Of a stretch of 64,000 nucleotides of DNA, positions 47,128 to 61,511 are shown piece by piece. Position 1 is the stretch's first letter, and every line of letters starts with the position of its first letter. The DNA is from Chrysomallon squamiferum (taxonomy: Eukaryota > Animalia > Mollusca): positions 1,612,001 through 1,676,000 of the forward strand of contig CM022672.1 in the NCBI GenBank assembly GCA_012295275.1. The letters run 5' to 3'. The translations under genes were made by a program, and so were the position numbers. The notes beneath the pieces are model-generated. The model had not been told where the DNA came from. It saw only the letters and a program-made list of their open reading frames with translations, and did no database searches.

Positions 47128-50100
47128 TCAGACATCTTTTCTAGCAAACAGTGGAAACACTTTAAGTATGAGTTTGTCACTGGCTGCCATCAACTCGTAC
47201 ACTTCTTCCAGGGTCAGGTGGGTCACAGGTGTTTCATTGATTTCAAGAATCTCATCTCCAACTCCCAGAATTCCTGCAAACAGCTTTTCAGGATTGTCTG
47301 CAGAAAATCTGGAAACCAACAGTCCTGCCAAAACAAAAATGAATAAAGGATTAAGATAGATGATAGATTTGGCATTGGAATAAAACTGATGCTTCTGTTG
47401 TTTCCTTCTTGATTTATATCATCAAGTTTAATGCATAATTGAAAAAAAAATTAAGTGAAAGATTTCTTAAAAAGTGAGTTTAATAAGACTATTCAGACTG
47501 AGTTTCCACTTAAAGCAACTTATATTAAGACTGAGTTTTATTTTAAAATGTGGATTATGACTTTTAGTTTAAATGATTATTCAGACAGTTGTACTATTAG
47601 TGTAAATATTCTATTCAGACTGTGACAGTTCCTGTCACACATTTTGACAAATCCTGGTGCATAGTTATAAACATGCATGAAATATTCTATAAAGAACGAG
47701 TCAGTACATACATTTTGATACAAACATCTAGACGAAGTATTTCTTAAATGAAACTATCTAGTTGTCTATTTGTTTCTGTTTCTCTCTTTTTTTTTTTCTC
47801 TAACACACACACACACTACTAAAAACATTAACATTTTTTAAATAGAAAATTCACCATAATCCTTGCAATGTAGAAGCCAATATGTCCATGTGTATATTAT
47901 TTCAGGTTCTCACTAGTATCTACACAGCATTTCTAAAAACAGTAAATTATCTAGTAAAAAACTATCTCACCATAATCATAATTAGCTGTTCCCCTTGCAA
48001 TGTAGAAGCCAATTGGTCCATGTGGAGGTTTCTTCAGTTCCACCATCTGTGAGCCGTCAGGGTTGATGGCTGTCAGTTTGCCAATCAGTCTGAACTGGGT
48101 GGGGCTTTCCACTGATCCTATAGATGGTACAGCTTTCGATTTTTTCTTCTGATACTTGTGACATTTTTTACTCTTTCTGGAATACAAGAGATAACAATGA
48201 ACTTACGTGTGTTATAATTTTAACAATAGTTAAAAAAGAAGCCAATAAGTAAGTCATGATCTGCAAATTGTAACTGTCTGTTAATATTCAATGTTGTCAT
48301 CAGTATTTATGGTTTCAGGATGTGAAATCCTGCTATAAAATAACATAAAATATATAACGTGTCCAACTTTAAAAAAAAAAAAATTTTTTTTCTCAAGTTT
48401 TAAATTGTGTTAACTAAACTTTAAGTGATCATAGCTCCTGCTAACCCTTTCACTTAGTGTTAAATTTCTGGCAAAGTCAACAAGACTAGTGATTACACCC
48501 CACAGAGGACAGAACAAACCAGGCTGATACAATTTTGGAGGTCTCAGGGTGGTGTCACTTCTTGCAGCACAATGAGAGATTTTTATTTTTATTTTTCATG
48601 GCCATGGGGTAAATGCCCTTTCCACAGTTAACAGCAAAAGAATCTGATTTGGATATAGCTCCACTTATACCAAGGTAAGAGTTAACCACATACCCATCTT
48701 TGGCTGGAAGGTTTTGAAGAGCTGGGTCTGCAGAAACATCAGTGGTGGCTGATAGTTTGTGTTGTCGTTTTTTACTGAAGAAGGCTGTAAGTGATTTCAG
48801 TGACATCAGTGATTTTTCAACTTTCTTCTCCTTGTTCTTCTTCTTTTCTTCTTTGTCTAACAGTGATAAACATTTAAATAAAATAAAAAACATTTTATTT
48901 TTTATAAGAAATCATTCAGTATCCAAAATAAAATTTTAAAATATTTTTTTTTTTTTAACATGAAACTTTAAAAATCAAACCTCAGTTTATTTAATATAAA
49001 AGAAAAGGTATGTAATAAAGATTAAATCAGCAAAAGGACAAATAATAGGAAGTGATCATAATTTGAAAATATAGTTATTTTCATGAACAAACAAAGAACA
49101 TTAACAAAGAAACTATCTGGGTGTATGCCACATATGACATGTTTTTATACAACAATTTCTTGGATATGTTATTATTGTTTTTTACCTATGTCATCAAGTC
49201 CATTGTCCATGCTGATAGCCTTCTTCATGGACTTTATTTTACTTCCCACCTTGTCCAGAAGAGAGGAGCGAGAGCCACTTAGTTCTTTTGATGCTTTCAG
49301 TCTGCTGGAACTCTGTGATCTTCTGAAACAGAGTATGTTAAATAAATGTCTGTGTGGATGGATGGATGGATGGATGGATGGGTGGATGGGTGGATGGATG
49401 GATGGATGAAAGGATGGCTGAAAGGATGGATGGATGGATGGATGGATAGATGGATGGGTGGATGAAAGGATGGCTGAAAGGATGGATGGATGGATGGATG
49501 GATGGGTGGATGAAAGGATGGCTGAAAGGATGGATGGATGGATGGATGGGTGGATGAAAGGATGGCTGGTTATTATGGACACTGTTTTTAATGCTAATAC
49601 TCTTCTGTCTTTATTTCTGACAGAGGAAACTTTCTGCAGCTGTTCCAAATATGCACCAGACATATCACACGATTTGGAAAAGGAAATGTTGTCTGGTTCA
49701 TTTAAATAGATTTCTTTTACCTTGTTATTAAAAATTAATTAAAGTAACAGCCAAAAGAAAATATATATATTTTCGTTTTTTGTAAAGCTCAAAGATTTTG
49801 GAACTGATGTGAAAAAATGTTTTGACTTTATTACTGGATCAAATTAAAAACAAAAATTAAATTAAATCAAATTTTAAATATTATACAAAAAAAAAAAACC
49901 CAACTGTATATATTAAATGTTGGTTCTGAATTATTGTAACTTATTCCATTGCTTTCCTATAAAATTTGTTACACTGATTATATTTAAAACAATTAACAGA
50001 AATATTCAACACAAAGTTATAAGCTGCAACAATTAAACATATAAAAATATCTGTGAGAAACAAATTTAATCACACTAATATCTTATTAATTTATTTAGTC

Positions 50101-53100
50101 ATTACATATCACCCATAAATTGTTAAAAAATTTGTCTACAATATCATGTAAAACACAATACACTATTAAGATGCATATTATTAATAATTTGAAAATAGGA
50201 TTACTAACTATTTGTTGTTAATTGTAATCAGTAATATACATCAAATTTCATCAAATGTTTTTAATATTAAATATCATGTTTACATATAGCAGACATAATT
50301 ATGATTTAATATAAAAGGTAAAAATAATATTAAACTGAAATTTCAAATTTCATAATATCAGAAACCACATAATACTAATCTGAAAACACACACCCAATTA
50401 CATTAACGCTGATTCTCAACTAGCATAATTATTCTAATTTATAACTATTCAACAACCAGTCATTTCACCCGCCATTGACTAACAAATAATTCATAATTCT
50501 AATCAAAGCTAGTTCACAACTCATTAACCTTGCACAATTAACAACCGTAATAATTATAAACTAAGCTAATTTATAATCCATTACACCAACATTTCACAGC
50601 ACAGCGACAACAAACAGATTGATTTTAACTAAACACTCTGAAAGATTATCAGTGAAAAAAAAAAAAGGTTACAAATATAAACTAAGAAGAAAAATCAACT
50701 ACCAGAGACTTGCAGCATCCAAACACACGAATCTGCTATGAATGTTAGCACAGAACAGAAGTACAGTCAGCGGTGAATAATAGGTGCTCAGTAATGTGAA
50801 GTCTGCTACAAATTCCACAATCATACAAGCACCAAAAGTTGAAATTTCCATACACAAAAGAAATCAATATGGAGACAGTGGTGACTCACAAAAATGACAA
50901 AACTTTCACCAGACGAAGATGCTGCATCACCATTTTGGAGCCAAATGAATCTCAGACATGATGATATTTCATTGATTTTTTTTTTTTATTTGAATTTTTT
51001 TTTAACTGTTTTAGATTCAGACTTGTAATAAATATCTCTGGTAAAGACAGTTATAAACACAGATTTTGATGATTAAAAAACGACAATTATTTCAAAGATT
51101 TTTTTTTTTTTTTTTTACTATAATCACAAAACAGTAAATACATGTATTTTTATTATTATTATTATTGTTTTTTTAACTTTTTATCCTTTTTTTTCAAAAT
51201 TTTTAATCTTTTTTTATTTTATTTTTTCACTTTTATGGAATAATTTCATGTTTTATCAACATGACAGAAACTGTGATGACAGATTTCAGTTATTTTAAAT
51301 ATAATTTTTTTCCATATTAATGATGACTCAAATAACAGTTACTTCAAACATTTTTTACAAATAACTATTTACTACTACTACACATTAATAAAATGTGGTA
51401 ATTAATACTGCCTGCTAGTAGAAATTACTTATCATGAATTATCCAGTTCTACTGATTTGCCACTGTAATGTTATAGTGTTGACAGTATCAACATATTTAC
51501 ATAAATATGCAATAAATTTATAAAATATGTATTTTTCATACTTAAAAACTCAGCAGGATTTTAAATTCCAATCAGTCATTTTTTATAAAAAAAAAAAAAA
51601 AAAATGAAAATAGAATAAATATCTGCTGTTTGACAAAGAACTCAAAATTATTGCTGCAAAATTTAACTTTATAAAAAAGTATATGCTTGACACTCCAAAA
51701 CTGTTAATAATAATAATAATAATAACAATAATAATATAGCTTCTGGCAATTTAAAACTCTGCTGAAAAGAAAGTTCATGAAAAGAGACAGCTTACTTGTA
51801 TTTTCTGTCTGGAACAGGGGGACAGTACTCTTCTTTACTGAATACTTCATCATCACCATCTCCTCCACAAGCTCCTTCCAAACCTTCAAAGGAAGATTTA
51901 TGTTCCATGTTCTGGATTTCTGAAACACTATGTCTTCCAGCAAACAACTTCTGATTTTTATTACCATCTCCAGTATGGTCAACTGTTATTACCTTATTTT
52001 TATTTATTGTAGCATACATGTCCTCTGCAATTACAAAATAAAAGTAAATAATGAAAACAACAACAACAACAACAAAAACAACAACAACCAGAACAATAAT
52101 AACAATAACAATAAAAATAACAATAATAACATAGTCTTGAATTTAATTTTGTCAGAAATCTATGTTTTAAAAAGGAACAAAAACAAAACAAAAACATCCT
52201 GGTTTTATACTGAACTAAATAACTATAAATAAATCTCAATAAATCTCTATAAAAAATGAAAAAGTGAAAGGAAATACATTAGTTTTGTGATGTGATGTAT
52301 TTTTGGAATATCATTAATTAGTTATTAATTTTTCCATCATTCCATCCACCCATCAGCCCAACAACCCAACTATCTGAATGGCACTGGTTGATATTAAAAC
52401 AACTCACCTTTGTCATAACAAGAATTTAACCCTTCTCCATTACAACTGTTCATCAAATAACTGTCTTCTTTTCTGATGACTGCAGCTGGAATTCCAGGCT
52501 TATCATCTACTTTGTTGAGACCACCTACATCTTCATCCATATCCTTATCTGAAAGCTCACCTATTGTAGCATAAGGATCCTTTGATGATGATATTTGATG
52601 CAACTGAATGTCATTTTTCCAGTATGGTTTATTTGTGATGTCCTTGGTTAATTCAGAAGAATTTATTCCTTTAGATTCCATTCCACCAGAAGTGGCATAC
52701 GGTGATATGTCATCACAAAAATCTGTTTTATTACAAGGATTGTTATGTGGAGAAACAGATACAAAAGGAAAATCTGACTTCCTTGGAGTTGAATCTGAAT
52801 CTTCTGCCAGTCCTGTGCTGTCAATAGACTCTGTAGAACTTTTTGAAGTAGTAAAAATAGTTCTGACTTTTTTCACAGGCTTCTGAAGTTGTTCAGTAGA
52901 ATCCCTGGTTTCATTAACTTTATCGGAATTCACATCATCTTTTCTGCTAGAAGGCACATGAGTATTACTTAATGAATTAACATTTTCTATAGCAGCATCA
53001 GAAAATTTAGAATCTGACACCATTTTGACATTTCTTTCACTTTCCGAGTAACTGAAACGTCTAACTTGAATATTTGTGTGTTTGATTCTTTCAAACTCAT

Positions 53101-56100
53101 CTTCAGATTCTAATGAATCTCTTCCCCTTTCATCACCGCTGCAGTATTCACCTTCAGTAGTCAAAACATTTACTGTTTGGCCAAGATGCAGTTCATTCTG
53201 CAAGTCAAACAGCAAACTAGAAATCTGGCCAGCACAGTCAGAAATCTGACGATGAGAAGGAGTGGACGGACAGCTCAGACTCTGAGTTCTTTTTTGGGCA
53301 GAATGATTTTCTTCATCATTCATGAAAAGTCCTGGATGTCTTGATGAAATGCATGGATAGCTAAAACTCTGAATTTTCTTCTGGGAAACACAGCTCTTGT
53401 CACAGTTAATTCTTATTTCATTACAAATATAATTCTGCTTCCCAATCCGCTGTTGAGTCTGTGCATTATAAATCCCAGGTTGTGTTGTATCATAATCAAT
53501 TAACACATCTGTTTTATTTCTAAATTCTTCAGAAAACTGTCCATCTGGATAACCTTTATTGGTAATAGCTTGAGATGAAAAACTTGCTGAATCCAGTTCC
53601 GAAATGTTCTGACTAGTGTTTCCAATACTGGTGTAGTTGCTGCTTTGATTGGGTTCAGAACCACAATCTGAAGCATTACTCCAGCTAATATCACTGTTAG
53701 TACCTTCTATATTATGCCTATCTAAAACCGATAAAGGTTGACTGAATCCATTGTGAATTGTTTGAACATTTGAAATGATTTCCTGTTTGTTATTTTTCAG
53801 ACCTGATTCCAAAGAATTACCTGAATTGTTAGGTTTTAATCTGCTTTTAATATCTTGTACCTCTGGCTCAGAATGCCTTCTTGAAGATGATGATGTTTCT
53901 AAGTGCCTGAATCCATTCTTGTTTATAGAAGCATCTGAAATATAATTTGTGCATGAATTTATATTTTGTTGGCAATGTTTAATGCAAGAATCTTCAAATG
54001 AACTGTCAGAGTAATCATACAATTCTTTGGCAGAATCAGAAACACTGGAAGAAAAGAGAAAATTACCCTTGGAACAATCCAGCCTGTTTGAAACAGACAT
54101 TTCAACACCATCACCCTCATTGTGTTCAGACTTACCAACTGCTTCTGAAAATTTCTCTTCTTTATCTATACTCAATTGTGATGGAAGCAAACATGCTGAA
54201 GAACAACCGGGCTTTGATGAGTTATGTTCCATATCTGACTCACCTGCAGAATGAGCATAATTTGTAACATCTGAAAATTTTGATGAAGATGAAATCCTAA
54301 CATATCCACCACCAGATTCTGACCCTTCACCATGATCATGCTGAACCAACACTGATGAAACATTTTGAGTAGTAAACTGTGAGTTAACTAATTTTGAAAT
54401 GTCATTCAACTCAGGTTGATTATATTGCATTGTTTTAAATGTTGAAGTGCATGCATCCTTATCTGACTTAGAGTCAACTGTAACATCACTGTATGCAGGT
54501 TGAGGTAGAATATCATCTTCACTATCTTTAGAAATATAATTTTCATTACTTGCTGAAAGAAATCTTTCTTTACCTTTTGTTGCATCACTATCTTCTGAAA
54601 GAAATCTTGTATCAATTTTTGAAATATAACTTTTATAACCTTCTGAAATAGTTTTTCCATTACCTTTTGGATGATGAATTTTATAATTATTTGGGAGTGT
54701 ACCACCTTTATTATTTGAGACTGAATTTTCATAACTTTTTTCAAGAGCATTGTCATTACCTTTCTGAAGGGAAATTCCGTGAAGAGCATTTGTGTCACAA
54801 GTTCTGAGAAGTCTATTGGGTGAACTTAGCTCATCAAATGACTTGTTAAGTTTCTTTGATTCAGAACAGACAAAAGCATTGTCAAAAAGAAGATTTGGCA
54901 TTGACAATGGTCTCTGCATTGCATTACAGTTCAGCTGAGGTTCCTGCAACATTGGATTATACTTCCCTCTCTTCTTCTTCAGGAATTTTTTCAGTCTGTT
55001 TTTCTTTGGTTTCATGGAAGCATCCAAGAATTCAGCTCTCATGAAAAACTCAATGTCTCTGTCATTATTTGGATGCCAACATTTTGCAGCATCATTGACA
55101 TGACTGTTACGGCAGTTACTATCTGTCTCATTAGAACATGAACTAAATGAATTTTGATTAGCTTCTTCTGTTCTCTGACTAGACTCAGATGACTGCTGAT
55201 TCCTCAAATTTTCACAGTCAGAAGCAGATTTTGTCCGTGCTTTCAAATTTCTACAAACATCGCTGTCCGAGTTAGATGACAGTCCTGAAACACCTCCTTT
55301 GTTGTTAAAAATTTCATCTGTTTTGGAAATTCTGTTATCAAATGACTGCATGGAACCAAACAGTGGAGTGCTTTGTGGTCGTTTCACAATGTAGTGCCTC
55401 TTTTTCCTCAGTTTCAGTTCAGATGTTTTATTGTCCTGTGCTGGGTTTACAAATCTGGGATCTGTATCATCTATATCATCAGTGTCATCACTGAGATGGT
55501 AAGATCTGGGAGTGCTGAAAGCATCACCTGCATGTTGTCTAGATCTCGGGTTGAAGAAAATCTCTTCAAGTTCTCTGCAAAGATTAAAAACAGGCAATAA
55601 AATAAACAAAACTGTCAAACCTCTTCACTGTGGAAATGGGTATTATACCCTCTGAAATCAAGCATTTGAATTATGGTAAAAGTAGATGATTGTGGACCAA
55701 TGAAAATGTTTTATGATGCACCTGAGATTACATTATGATAAGTTTATTATGACTATTAAAGCAGTTATTATAATAGAGAAGTTAAATCATGAAATGATAT
55801 ATTAATAAATTCAAATCAAAGTTAAGGATGATAACAAACACCAACATAATGACATCAGGACAGGAAATGAATTGGAACAAATTATTCAAGCATTTTTAAT
55901 ATTTTTAAACCCATAAAACTGATTTAGAATAGGAATGATTTATTAAAAAAAACACACACACACGGTATTACACAAAAAACATATACGTGTAAGGTCTTAA
56001 CTAAATGTTGCAGAGACTCACTTTTCAGAAGAATGCCCACTATCTTCTGTTGCTGTGTGTTTAGTAGCTGCACTCTGAACCCTCCATTTCATTGCAATTC

Positions 56101-59047
56101 TTCTTGGTGTACCTCCTGCTGTAGTGACATTGGAACGAGGAGTGTAAATACTGAAATATTAAAGGATTTTAACTTAATAATTAAATTTTCACTTTATTAA
56201 TTCATTAACTGGTTAAACTAAATTAAGTTATTGGTGTCCTCTCAGAATCATTTCAGATATGAAGAATGTATTTTATTTAAAGTGCAATTATTGTAATAAG
56301 AACAAAATATATAATTTTGTATTGTTTAAAAAAAAAAAAATAATAATAATTTGATGATGATGATGGTTAATAATAATAACAATAATAAAAATAATAATAA
56401 TAGTAATAATAATAAATACAAAAAAACTGTTGTTTTCTCATGAAGTTACTGTAACGACTGAAATGATAATAAAAAGAGAACTGATATAATCATAGCTGTC
56501 TTACAGAAAGATATTCAGGCTATCGTGATTTATTTATACTGTTAGTTTTTATTTTTTGCATTTTTAATATAAGAACTGATATGATTTAAATAAACTTACA
56601 TTTACCCACTGGCATGATTATTTTACAGTTATATACTTTGTTATTAGCATAAATAAAACCTTTTTAGAAATTTAAAATTTTCTCTCTGAAAATGATTCAA
56701 CACTCAAAAAAAAAATAATGTAGACTGTTTAAATTTCAGTTTGATTTTGTTTTAAAAATTGTAATGTCCAAAAAAAAAAAATATATATATATATAAAAAG
56801 CTGCATATAATATTAGGTCCCTGAAATTAAACTTGATTATATACAACTGCTTAGCTATCACCCGACAGATTCCAGTCTAATAATATTTAACAGTTACATG
56901 CATATACATACATTGAAATCTGTTGCAGTATAGTTAACAAATATTTATTTATTTATTAGTAATTTCTTTCTTTCATTCATTCAAGTAATTACCTTCTTGG
57001 TGTGTGATTGAAGATTTCAGAATCAGTATATCCTGAAGACAAACTCCGGATGGATAGATCATCTCTGTTTGTGCTGCTTCCACAAGATGGCTGCCCGAGT
57101 TTAGATAATCCATCTTGTAAATACCTCAGATCAGTAGAATCTGCATCGACATGACACAAAAATCTGGGATTAACACATTCAAGACCAGTGACAGCAGAAA
57201 CTCCTAAATGATGTATGTCTGAGTCATTAGTCATGGAACACTGCCTGTCACCAACGCAATCTGAAAAATTTTTGATTTTTCAATTACTCATGACTGACAT
57301 AAATGTACCTGTCAGATAAATCATACAACTTTAATATATACATTTTGTCAATTACATTAACTTTGAATAACTGGCATGTATCTGATATGAAGATGGACGG
57401 ATTGATTGACGGAATGATGGATGAATGGATAAATGGATGGATGGATGGATAGACAGATATATAAACTGAAAGACTGACATTTACAAATATTTATGGATAC
57501 ATGACTAATGGATTAAATAAAAGAAAGCTATAAACAAAAAGAAATTAAACCTACCTGTACAGGTTTAATTTCATGGTATTAGATGCATTGTGACTGGTAT
57601 TAGATCAGTTTGAGATTAATGTTACATGATTTTATTAAGACAGATTACTGTATTAACATGATGACTCAACTTGTTAGCTACTTTCCCACTGATTTACTCT
57701 CTCTTGCTTGCACACTTTCATTCTTAGGTGAGTAAAGATTAGCAAAATTAATCTATCAGTCTGTAACATGTATCCTTTTCCTGATATATGTGTATCTAAC
57801 AAGGGTAAGATGCAACAACAACAACAGAAAAAAAAAAAATGCTCCCATTCAAAGGCCTTTTATCTTAATGACATATTTTGTTATTAGCAAAAGTAGATAC
57901 TGAAACTAATCAGTTGAAAGTATATAATATATATAGGTTCTCATAGACATACTTAAAAAATACTGATCAGTGTTAACATTAAAAATTACATCCTTTTTGT
58001 AAGCCAAAAATCAGCAAACAGTCTACAAAATGTCATAAAATCAGTTTATATATTGACCAATGGTTCAAGCAAGCTTCACTTGGGCACACGAATCAGTGAC
58101 TTAGCAATCTGTTCAACAGAAAGACAGTATTAATTAATTATTATATAAAAGGTTCTTTATTAAATGACCACACTCATTGAAACTACATGACATTTTCCAG
58201 TACCACAGTAATTATAAAGAAATAAAACAGAAATGCAAGGGTTCAGCATAAGAGAATATGAATCATATACCCATTTTGAAAGTTTTCACATGGTGCACAT
58301 TTATCTGGTTAAACTGTATTAGCTAATTAGAGAAAAACAGTCTTATGTTAATGTGTTAGATGTTTAGTTTTGCAGGATAAATGGGATAAGAAAGCTTATA
58401 CTATCCCAGTAAGTTCTGGGAAGATGCCAGCATTGACATCTGAACCCAGTGCATTGTACTCAGGTAATTTATCAATCAATCATCATTATTAAGCAAAGGT
58501 AAAATATACCACATATCTATCAACATAGTTTTCAATGAAGAGTATATTCAAACAGTCATAATCAATATGTCATTTCAATTTGGTTCTTTTTAAAATTATT
58601 ATTATTACTATTATTATATATATATTTTATTTATTTATTTATTTTTTAAACATTTCTACTAGATTAGTATATGCAGCTTTCTAAAAAAAAAATATTTTTA
58701 TTATTATTATTATTTTTTAATAAATACACCATAATTTCATGCAAAAAGGAATTAATGCCTGATTGTGTTTGGGGTTTTTTGATGTGTGTTTCTTTTAATC
58801 CACCTAATGACTAAACACAATGGTATTAACCCAAGCTGCTCTGCACACCTTTAAAATAATAGCAGGTATTGACAGGTACAGATTAAAAAGGCAACATTGC
58901 AAGCTGTTATGAATATAAATGATGATAAACCATTCAAACATAATGTAAATGTTTCTGTATGTTCTGCTATGGTTACATTTATATATATATACACAACTGA
59001 TTTATAGTTACAGAATATATTGATCTGACCCATGTCAATACATATAT

Positions 59048-59088
<41 letters not shown>

Positions 59089-61511
59089 CTTAAAGCATCT
59101 ATTATATAAGTAACTTTGTTTTATATTTTTAATATATATATGTTTTTTTTTTTTCATATTATTATATTATACTTGTATACTAGATTAATTTGTATTATAC
59201 TTTATGTTCTACTTATTTATTTCATGTATTATATATTAAATTGTATTGCACTGTATAATAGCTTATATCAACCATTAAGCACAGTAGGTTATGCCAATAA
59301 AAACAAAATACTATAACAGGATGCTTTTTTAAAATTAAATTTAAAGCATGTGGTGTATAAAATAGTCTTCCTTAACAGAAATAAAATATTTTTGTTTTAA
59401 TTAGTTTTTATAGTAATTGCAAAACTGTGATGCTTGCTGCTTGCAGTATTATTATTATTGTTGTTGTTATTTTTGATTTATTCATGTTATTGTTGTTGAT
59501 GTTGTTGATGTTATTAATGTTATTATTATTGTTATTTTACTTACTTGTGTAGCTCATGATGTACAAATGAAACAGTAATAATAATAATAATTACAGACAC
59601 ACATAAACACACACACAGACATGCATAAACACACACAAACATCACAAATATTTCTATATCCTTCTCTTATATGTTCCCTTGTCTCTTTCTTTACTCTAAA
59701 TAAATATAAATATTAAACTGGACTGGTTGGTTCAGATTATATTAAGAAATACATGCATGTGTGTCGGTACTAAGAACATTAGTTTGTTAAGTACTTATAT
59801 TTTACCATGGACAGTCATCAAGATTAGGCTTGATGCCAAGGGCAGCATTTAGTACACTGAGAAAGAGGTCAGTGTAAATATCTTTTACAAAATCAATGAG
59901 TGATTAAGTTCACCTAGTCAATAAACAGGAAATAAACCCAGTTCACCATCCCAGCATAACACCTACTTACTGAGATATGAATCAAATATTAAGTACTTTA
60001 AAAAATATATATGTAAATCAGTTATTAATCTGCATATTCATATAGAATACTGATTTATAATAGATTGAATGTAAAAATAAAGAAAAAAGTATTTGAATTG
60101 TTTAAACAAGAATTTACTTCAGATACACTCTTTGTGATTTGAATTACAAAACTTGATTTCTTGATCCAAAAATTAAATAATGAACAGAGCATCTTAATAG
60201 TAACAGCACTTCCAAAGATGTCATATACTATATACCAGTAACAGGTCTTAGGCTAGAAAAGGAAACAGCCCCAGTAAATACTCTATGAAAAACTGATGAT
60301 TTGATATATTGTGGCTAAAAAAATGTTTAAAAATTTCTATCGATATTTAATTTAAATAAATGAAACATACCATTCTGATGAATCCACTGGAAATCTGCTG
60401 CTTCCACTTTCCATGTTGATATTTTCACTTGGTTATCTGGCATCTTAGGCAGATTAGAAATGTCTGAAACCTGGAGTCCATTTTGTGGAATCTGAACTGA
60501 CAGTTTTTCTACTGAATGAGAAGATTTAATGGATGATGACTCCACATCGATTGCACTGTCACATGGTGAGTCCAGAAGTGTTGAAGAACCACTAATTTTC
60601 ACAGACTGACTGCATGAAAAGCACAGATTACCAGAATCTTCATATGCTTTATTTTTTTGTTGTTTGCACAGATTCTGGCATATTTCTGTAAATGATTTGT
60701 GTTCTGTCAAATTGTCAGTGTAATCATGACCATCACTTCTGTTTTCATTAGAATGTGAAACGTCCTGATCCATGGGAGGCATCTGGTCACTTACATTAGC
60801 ATCAGAAGGAAATGAATGTTCTTGTTCGTATTCAGGTCTAGAAAATGGCACTGAAAACAAACTTGAAGATCTTTGGTATGATGGTTTATGTCTAGTTTTA
60901 TCATAAGGCAAACTCGATGCATCAGAACCACTTTCAACATCCAGTACTGGAGATGACTGGTCTAGTCTCTGATGAGACAGAAAAGGAGATTTTCTGTAAA
61001 GTAAATGATTTAACATTTCTGCATTTTTCTGTAACCTGTCCTGGAGTGATTGATTTGAAACAACTGATTTGGTGTGCTGCTGACCAAAACCTTCTCTGTC
61101 TGCACTTTCACTACTTCTAGGCCACAGTTCATCCTTGATCTTCAACCAACCATTAACTTTCCTAGACTTTTCTGAAAAGGTACTGGAATTATTATCTTTG
61201 GAACAATTACTGATATCTTCTTGTTCTGAAGTATCCAAAAAGCCATTGGATTTCTCCAAATTGTTTGAATAATGTCTAGCAGTATCTCTGGGGGTCTGAG
61301 TATTTGATGCCAAATCCACTGAAGGTTCATTTTCATCCTTAAAGTGGACATGCAGCTCGTGATCTGATACAGTCTTTGAGATGTTCAGAGCTTCTTGTCT
61401 AGCATGTCTTTGCTGTCGACGTCTGTAGATTGCTGGATAGCGATGTTCAATATCTTGCAGTAAGCCAGCCGACCGAGAAGCATCTGTTCCACTGACATCT
61501 TCCGTTGACAT
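47128..61511 (-). CDS. Large (~1864 aa) Ser/Asn/Asp-rich, probably disordered protein with a C-terminal PAR6-like PDZ domain; KIAA1614-like
   Basis: Exons (minus) 61511-60371, 57260-56993, 56150-56022, 55574-52408, 51982-51796, 49322-49186, 48856-48694, 48176-47971, 47324-47128 total 5595 nt, all GT-AG with matching phases. An in-frame TGA lies just upstream of the ATG at 61511. C-terminal PDZ: [33 protein letters not shown]…GLLVSRF…[20 protein letters not shown]…LILKV. The KIAA1614 resemblance is from memory. Confidence 0.85.
47851..47912 (-). pseudogene. Degenerate intronic duplicate of the 3' part of the PDZ exon (pseudo-exon)
   Basis: tcaccataat-ccttgcaatgtagaagccaatatgtccatgtg copies ~47967-48045, with a 16-nt deletion and an in-frame TAA; the GT donor is retained. 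Confidence 0.8.
49354..49568. repeat. (GGAT)n microsatellite with higher-order units (…gaaaggatggctgaaa…)
   Basis: Directly visible; intronic; source of the spurious HPSI/MDGW ORFs. Confidence 0.9.

Noticed and set aside
47128-47145. C-terminal …RKDV as a PDZ-binding motif
   Set aside because: It ends in Val, but Lys at position -2 fits none of the canonical classes I-III.
49323-49663. Upstream part of the 163-aa ORF running through HPSI repeats
   Set aside because: It crosses an intronic (GGAT)n microsatellite; only 49322-49186 fits the exon chain.
52394-55618. 1074-aa ORF as a stand-alone or transposon/viral gene
   Set aside because: It is bounded by in-phase splice sites (55574 and 52408) and shows no RT, transposase or capsid motifs; it is an internal exon of the PDZ gene.
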